64,000 nt of DNA from an uncultured virus (IMG/VR IMGVR_UViG_3300034157_000062) (Duplodnaviria > Heunggongvirae > Uroviricota > Caudoviricetes). Each line of letters begins with the position of its first letter. Positions within the stretch are counted from its first letter, which is position 1. The stretch lies in IMG/VR virus record IMGVR_UViG_3300034157_000062; one strand, written 5' to 3'. The position numbers and the translations under genes were made by a program. Shown here piece by piece: positions 59,427 to 64,000 of the stretch. Under the pieces are notes generated by a model. The model had not been told where the DNA came from and searched no databases. It saw only the letters and a program-made list of their open reading frames with translations.

Positions 59427-59708
59427 TCAGAAGTATTCTGCATTCATATTTGCATTTACTTTCTTAACAAATTCGTCCACATTTATAAAAATGTTTTTTA
59501 CGAGGTCTTTATTGTTTTTAACAAACTCAGCATTTTCTTCAATAACCAATTCTACAACAGTGTTGATGTAAAAATTTAAAAGTTCCTCTAATTTCAAGAG
59601 TTCTTCTAAGTCCGACTTCAATAATGCATCTCTGTCTAATGAATCAAACTTTTCTTTTATTGCAAGAAGCTTTATTGATAAGTCGTTTACTTTCTCTAAA
59701 AAAGTCAT
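59427..59708 (-). CDS. hypothetical protein
   Basis: 93 aa, AGGAG RBS. Confidence 0.65.
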   Translation of the reverse strand: MTFLEKVNDLSIKLLAIKEKFDSLDRDALLKSDLEELLKLEELLNFYINTVVELVIEENAEFVKNNKDLVKNIFINVDEFVKKVNANMNAEYF

Positions 59709-59943
59709 GTTTTGCGTCTCCTATTATTTTTTAATGGTGTCTCTCATAATTTAATAACATAATTTATAAAAAAAGAAAGCATGAATGGTATTTTAATCCT
59801 ATTAATTTTTGTTATCATCATTGACGCCAATAATATTATCCATTTGAGTATAGCATTATAATGCGAAATATCCTTCGTTTTTTGACTTTTATCTTTATTT
59901 TATAAAATTTTGGCATGATTTTTGATTTTTTAAATTATTTCTT

Positions 59944-59961
59944 TGTAAGCTTTGTCTTATG
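59944..59961 (+). promoter_or_regulatory. GacA/UvrY-box-like upstream activating sequence
   Basis: TGTAAG-N6-CTTATG versus consensus TGTAAG-N6-CTTACA. Confidence 0.5.
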
Positions 59962-60246
59962 CTGGTTGTGGCGATTTACTCATATGATGATAATCTGCTA
60001 TCTTGCAAAATACCCTAAATTGTCATTTCGGCATTGCAAAAAACTTGATTTATTTATCATTTGACTATAAATAAATAACATATACAAAAAACTCTATATA
60101 AAACAACTTTTTATTGAATATAGTATTTAAATATCATTTTATAAAAAACCTTAAAAATAGCGTTTTTTAAATGGCGTCAATAAAAAATCTTGCAAAATGC
60201 TACAAAATTTAGTTGACAGTAAAAAAAATCCTGTTAGTATGTAATT

Positions 60247-60533
60247 GTCAGCAAGGAAACAATAAGAATAACTGCATAAGAAATGATTTTGAGTGTGGGC
60301 TGGCAAGTGTAATGGACGACAATAAAAAAAGGAATAGTGATTCAAGGATGTAGCAATTATCAGGATGATAAGTTAAGGACTCACTCTATAAAGGACTGTT
60401 ACAAGGAAAAGGAAGACAAATTAGAATTAAAGATGGAATATGTTCTAGTTTATTTACAAGGATAGTAGTTTTGTTTTAATGGATGTATAAACCAAAGGAA
60501 TGATAAGAGAGTCGAAAGGCTCTCTTTTTTTTT
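60247..60533 (+). ncRNA. CsrB/RsmZ-type CsrA(RsmA)-sequestering sRNA
   Basis: 13 GGA motifs (12 in ANGGA context), hairpin TTATCA-GGA-TGATAA, TTGACA promoter at 60213, terminator 60505-60533. Confidence 0.8.
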
Positions 60534-60574
60534 CTTCATTTTTTGTGGTATACTGAAAAGAAAACGAGATTAGC

Positions 60575-61207
60575 ATGATTAACGAATTAAAAGAAAAATA
60601 TAACGCCCTCGCTGTATTCCCTTATGGATCTAACGTCTACAAAAATAAAACCCCAGAAGATTTAGACTTTATCATTGTCAGTGATAAGCCTTATTTTCAA
60701 GAACAGTTTGAAAAAAACGATATTAAATATGAAATCAGCAATTACAGTAAAGATGAGTTCTTGGCTCGTTTACAGGAACATGAAATTTCTGTTTTAGAAT
60801 GTTTGTATATTCCACATAAAGAAAAATACCTCGACCCATCACTTAGCCGTGAGATTGAAGGATTTACGTTAGATAAAGAAAAGTTAAGAGAAAGCTGTTC
60901 TCAGAAAAGTTCTAATAGCTATGTTAAAGCTAAAAAGAAACTGACGGTTGAAGAGGATTTTAATTTAAGTGTTTCTTATAAGTCATTGTGGCATTCACTT
61001 CGTATCTTAGATTTTGGTATGCAGATAGCTAAGACTAATAAAATTAATCCAGAAAGCTGCAATGCATTATATGATCAAGTCATTAAAGATTATCTGCTGA
61101 TGAAGAATGATTGGTCTAAACTTCACGAAAAGTATAAACCAATGCATAATGCAATATCCTCAGAATTTAAACAAATGTGCCCTAAAAAGATTCACAAATG
61201 TAAGTGA
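60575..61207 (+). CDS. Pol-beta-superfamily nucleotidyltransferase
   Basis: YGSNVY...EDLDFIIV motif; helical C-terminal domain KSLWHSLRILDFG. Confidence 0.75.
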   Translation: MINELKEKYNALAVFPYGSNVYKNKTPEDLDFIIVSDKPYFQEQFEKNDIKYEISNYSKDEFLARLQEHEISVLECLYIPHKEKYLDPSLSREIEGFTLDKEKLRESCSQKSSNSYVKAKKKLTVEEDFNLSVSYKSLWHSLRILDFGMQIAKTNKINPESCNALYDQVIKDYLLMKNDWSKLHEKYKPMHNAISSEFKQMCPKKIHKCK

Positions 61208-61847
61208 AGGTGGCTAGAAATAGCAACAACATAAAGCCTTCACCGTCATGGGTGTTATGATTAGCAACACTCATGTCATAAAATTTGTAAAATTTATCAA
61301 TCTTATCACCTACGATAGCTTTAATAGGCTCTTGATCACCTCTTTCAAAGCATTCAGCAATGGCAGCAACACAAAACTTAAGAGCCGTCTTTCTATTCAG
61401 ACCCAAGCTTGTTAAGATATCTTCAACTTCTGTTACTTTTAAATCATAAGGGTTGATTTCAATTCCTGTTTCTTTGTAATACATATGCATGAACAGGTTA
61501 ACAGTCATTGAACAGTTTTCTAAAATAAAATATTTCTCAACTTCTTCTGCTATGCAATTTTTTGTGCTGACCAATTGATCAATTTCGAATAAGACAAGGT
61601 TCCTGTACGGAGAAGTCGTATTTTCAATGTAATCATTTAGATAGTTATATAATGTAGCCATATGACTGTCTGGGTTGGATGTGCTATTGAGCCTATGCAT
61701 CATCTTTCTTTCAATATTATAGATGAACATTCTCTGGTTAAGAATATTCGCGGCAAACATCTCAATATTATCAGAAAACGTATCTTTAAACGCCTCTTCC
61801 ATTCGATGTAAGTCTGATACATAATCATTCAATGCGACTTGAGTCAT
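61182..61847 (-). CDS. hypothetical protein
   Basis: 221 aa, AGGAG RBS, convergent overlap with ORF 60575. Confidence 0.7.
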   Translation of the reverse strand: MTQVALNDYVSDLHRMEEAFKDTFSDNIEMFAANILNQRMFIYNIERKMMHRLNSTSNPDSHMATLYNYLNDYIENTTSPYRNLVLFEIDQLVSTKNCIAEEVEKYFILENCSMTVNLFMHMYYKETGIEINPYDLKVTEVEDILTSLGLNRKTALKFCVAAIAECFERGDQEPIKAIVGDKIDKFYKFYDMSVANHNTHDGEGFMLLLFLATFTYICESF

Positions 61848-61969
61848 ACACTCTCCTTTTTAGCTAATTATATAAAATAAACAAAACAAAGTCAACAAAA
61901 AAAACTTTTTAAAAGTGGATTACTGTGCTATAATAACCATATTAACGTATATATAGGAAATTTATTATA

Positions 61970-64000
61970 ATGAGAATTGTTTACTTCTTATCAGCCATGC
62001 CGGGAACAGGTAAGTCTACTTTTATTAGAGAACATGGTTTAGATGCTCACAGCTTATCACTTGACGCTATCAGACATATTTATGCTGGTGCCGCTACTGA
62101 TATGGATGGCCGTCTTGTGCTGTCTAACAATAGAGAAGATTTAGTCTTTGGTAAATTTATGGAAGCTCTTGAATTGAGACTTCAAATGGGTGGTGTTCTC
62201 TTTATTGATAACCTCAACCAAGATCAAAAAGCGATTGATTCCTATATGGAACTTTTGACTAAGTTTGATTATGATTACCGTGTGGTTCAATTCCCATTGC
62301 AGCCAGTAGAATTCTATTATGCTCGTAATGAACAACGTGAACCTTATAAAAGATTGCCAAAAGAAGCCATTGATAGAAACTATGTGCTATTCACGAATGC
62401 TTCATTTGATGATAGTTCTAAAATCATTAGTCCAGAAGAAGCTATTAAGTTTGTCAAAGCAACACCAGAAGATTTGATAGTTGATTTGAGTGCTTACAAG
62501 AAGATACATTATATTGGTGATCTTCAAGGATCTTTCTATCCATTAAAAAGATACTTTGAACTAGAAGGTGGTTTAAAAAAAGATGAATTCTACATTTTTG
62601 TAGGTGATTACCTTGATCGTGGCATTGAAAATGATAAGTGCCTTCACTTTGTAAGAAAATATATGGAATATCCGAATGTCTTATTTCTTGCGGGTAACCA
62701 TGAGAAGCATTTGTATAACTACAGTCATAACATCTATACACCACCCGATGAATTTATGAAGAATACTTTACCACAACTTGAAAAAGCTGGGTTTACAAAA
62801 GATGACATGAAAGAGTTGTATAGAAAAATGCACTTGTTTAGTTTTGTTCAATACAATGGCAAAAAGATTATGACTACACATGCTGGATTGACTGCTGTGC
62901 CTGAGTTTCCACGTCTTTTAAACTCTGATGAGTACATGCGTGGTTATGGTCCTTATAGCTATGATGTAGATGGTAAGTTTAATGAGCAGAACAAAGATAA
63001 TGAATGGCATCAAGTTCATGGTCATAGAAATCAACATAAATTAGACTTTAATAGTTATGCTAAAAGCTTTGCTTTGGAAGCTGATGTGGAATACGGTGGT
63101 AGCTTACCCGTATTGAGAGTAAGCCGTGAAGGTTTTAATGGTATCTACATTACTAACAAAGTTTTTAATAAAGAAGAAGTTCTTAAAATTGAAAAAGATT
63201 CTGGTATGTTTGGTGTTGCTGAAACCGAAAGCACAGTAGCTAATTTCTTGAACCGTAAAGTAGATGGTCATAAAACAGGTGTTGCATTGCTTCAGGATCT
63301 TAGAAGTAATCAGTTATTGGTAGAAACGGTTTCTATTTCAAATCCTCACTTGTCCACTTTTAATTTTAAAGATGATGTTGTGGGTCAGCCACTTGATGAA
63401 TCATCTGTGAAAATTCGTGGACTTGTTATTAACAATAAAACAGGAGATATTGTTGCTCGTGGTTTTGATAAGTTTTATGAGCTTGATGAAAAAGGTATTG
63501 CATCTAATACATTAGAAGCTCTTAAATCGAAAACAACGGGTTCATTAAATGTGTTTGAACAAGAAGATGGTCGTTTGGCGATGATTGGTTATGATGTTGA
63601 AAATACAGCGTTGGTATTTACCTCGAAGAATGGCATTGATACACCAGAAACAGAAGCCTTTAAAAAGATGGTATTAAGTAACCTAAAAACAAGTGAACTT
63701 GAGTTTATGAAAGTGTTTGCGAACAAACACAATGTTAACTACATTTTTGAAGTCATTGATCCAGTCAATGATCCAAAGATTATTAAAGCTGATGAACCTT
63801 CAATTGTTTTATTATCTGTTGTGAAGCGTGATGTTGTATTCTCACAATTGACATATGAAAACTTAGAAGCTTTTGCTGGTAATTTTGAAAAGCTTGATGC
63901 GAAAAAGAAATTTGTTAGTTTTAGCACGTTTGAAAGTTTTGAGAAATTTTGTAATGCATTAAGCAATGAGAGTGCATTCAAGACAAAAAGACACATGGAA
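61970..64000 (+). CDS. Pnkp-like polynucleotide kinase / metallophosphoesterase / RNA ligase fusion (runs off window; absent from ORF track)
   Basis: MRIVYFLSAMPGTGKST P-loop; GDLQG, GDYLDRG, GNHE, THAG, VHGH; RGL...IVARGFDKF ligase region; frame open to 64000. Confidence 0.9.
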   Translation, partial: MRIVYFLSAMPGTGKSTFIREHGLDAHSLSLDAIRHIYAGAATDMDGRLVLSNNREDLVFGKFMEALELRLQMGGVLFIDNLNQDQKAIDSYMELLTKFDYDYRVVQFPLQPVEFYYARNEQREPYKRLPKEAIDRNYVLFTNASFDDSSKIISPEEAIKFVKATPEDLIVDLSAYKKIHYIGDLQGSFYPLKRYFELEGGLKKDEFYIFVGDYLDRGIENDKCLHFVRKYMEYPNVLFLAGNHEKHLYNYSHNIYTPPDEFMKNTLPQLEKAGFTKDDMKELYRKMHLFSFVQYNGKKIMTTHAGLTAVPEFPRLLNSDEYMRGYGPYSYDVDGKFNEQNKDNEWHQVHGHRNQHKLDFNSYAKSFALEADVEYGGSLPVLRVSREGFNGIYITNKVFNKEEVLKIEKDSGMFGVAETESTVANFLNRKVDGHKTGVALLQDLRSNQLLVETVSISNPHLSTFNFKDDVVGQPLDESSVKIRGLVINNKTGDIVARGFDKFYELDEKGIASNTLEALKSKTTGSLNVFEQEDGRLAMIGYDVENTALVFTSKNGIDTPETEAFKKMVLSNLKTSELEFMKVFANKHNVNYIFEVIDPVNDPKIIKADEPSIVLLSVVKRDVVFSQLTYENLEAFAGNFEKLDAKKKFVSFSTFESFEKFCNALSNESAFKTKRHME

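Noticed and set aside
62141..63996. Three short minus-strand ORFs in the ORF track
   Set aside because: They are antisense to the long plus-strand Pnkp-like gene starting at 61970.

Overview
AT-rich, gene-dense segment of a giant mobile replicon (jumbo phage or megaplasmid; no capsid, terminase or replication hallmark gene lies in this window, so the type is unresolved). Near-consensus sigma70 promoters and intrinsic terminators, plus a Csr/Rsm-type sRNA with a GacA/UvrY-like box, point to a gammaproteobacterial host. Recognisable genes: uvsE, gap, an asnB-like gene, trxB, proS, mutM, a CNNM/CBS protein, an AI-2E transporter, a nucleoside deoxyribosyltransferase, a nucleotidyltransferase and a Pnkp-like kinase/phosphatase/ligase. 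Most other ORFs are hypothetical proteins in tandem paralog families. Main finding (46.1-47.9 kb, minus strand): an operon of eight tRNA-Leu genes (two each of TAG, TAA, CAA and the rare AAG) interleaved with four tRNA-derived structures, including a circularly permuted module and a two-elbow 'tRNA inside a tRNA'. It lies downstream of a 20-codon Leu-rich leader peptide that uses all six Leu codons and has terminator/antiterminator hairpins. A related Pro-codon leader/attenuator precedes proS. Twenty otherwise diverse hypothetical proteins share a C-terminal motif with Met exactly four residues from the end. All calls come from reading the sequence by eye; no searches or folding programs were run.
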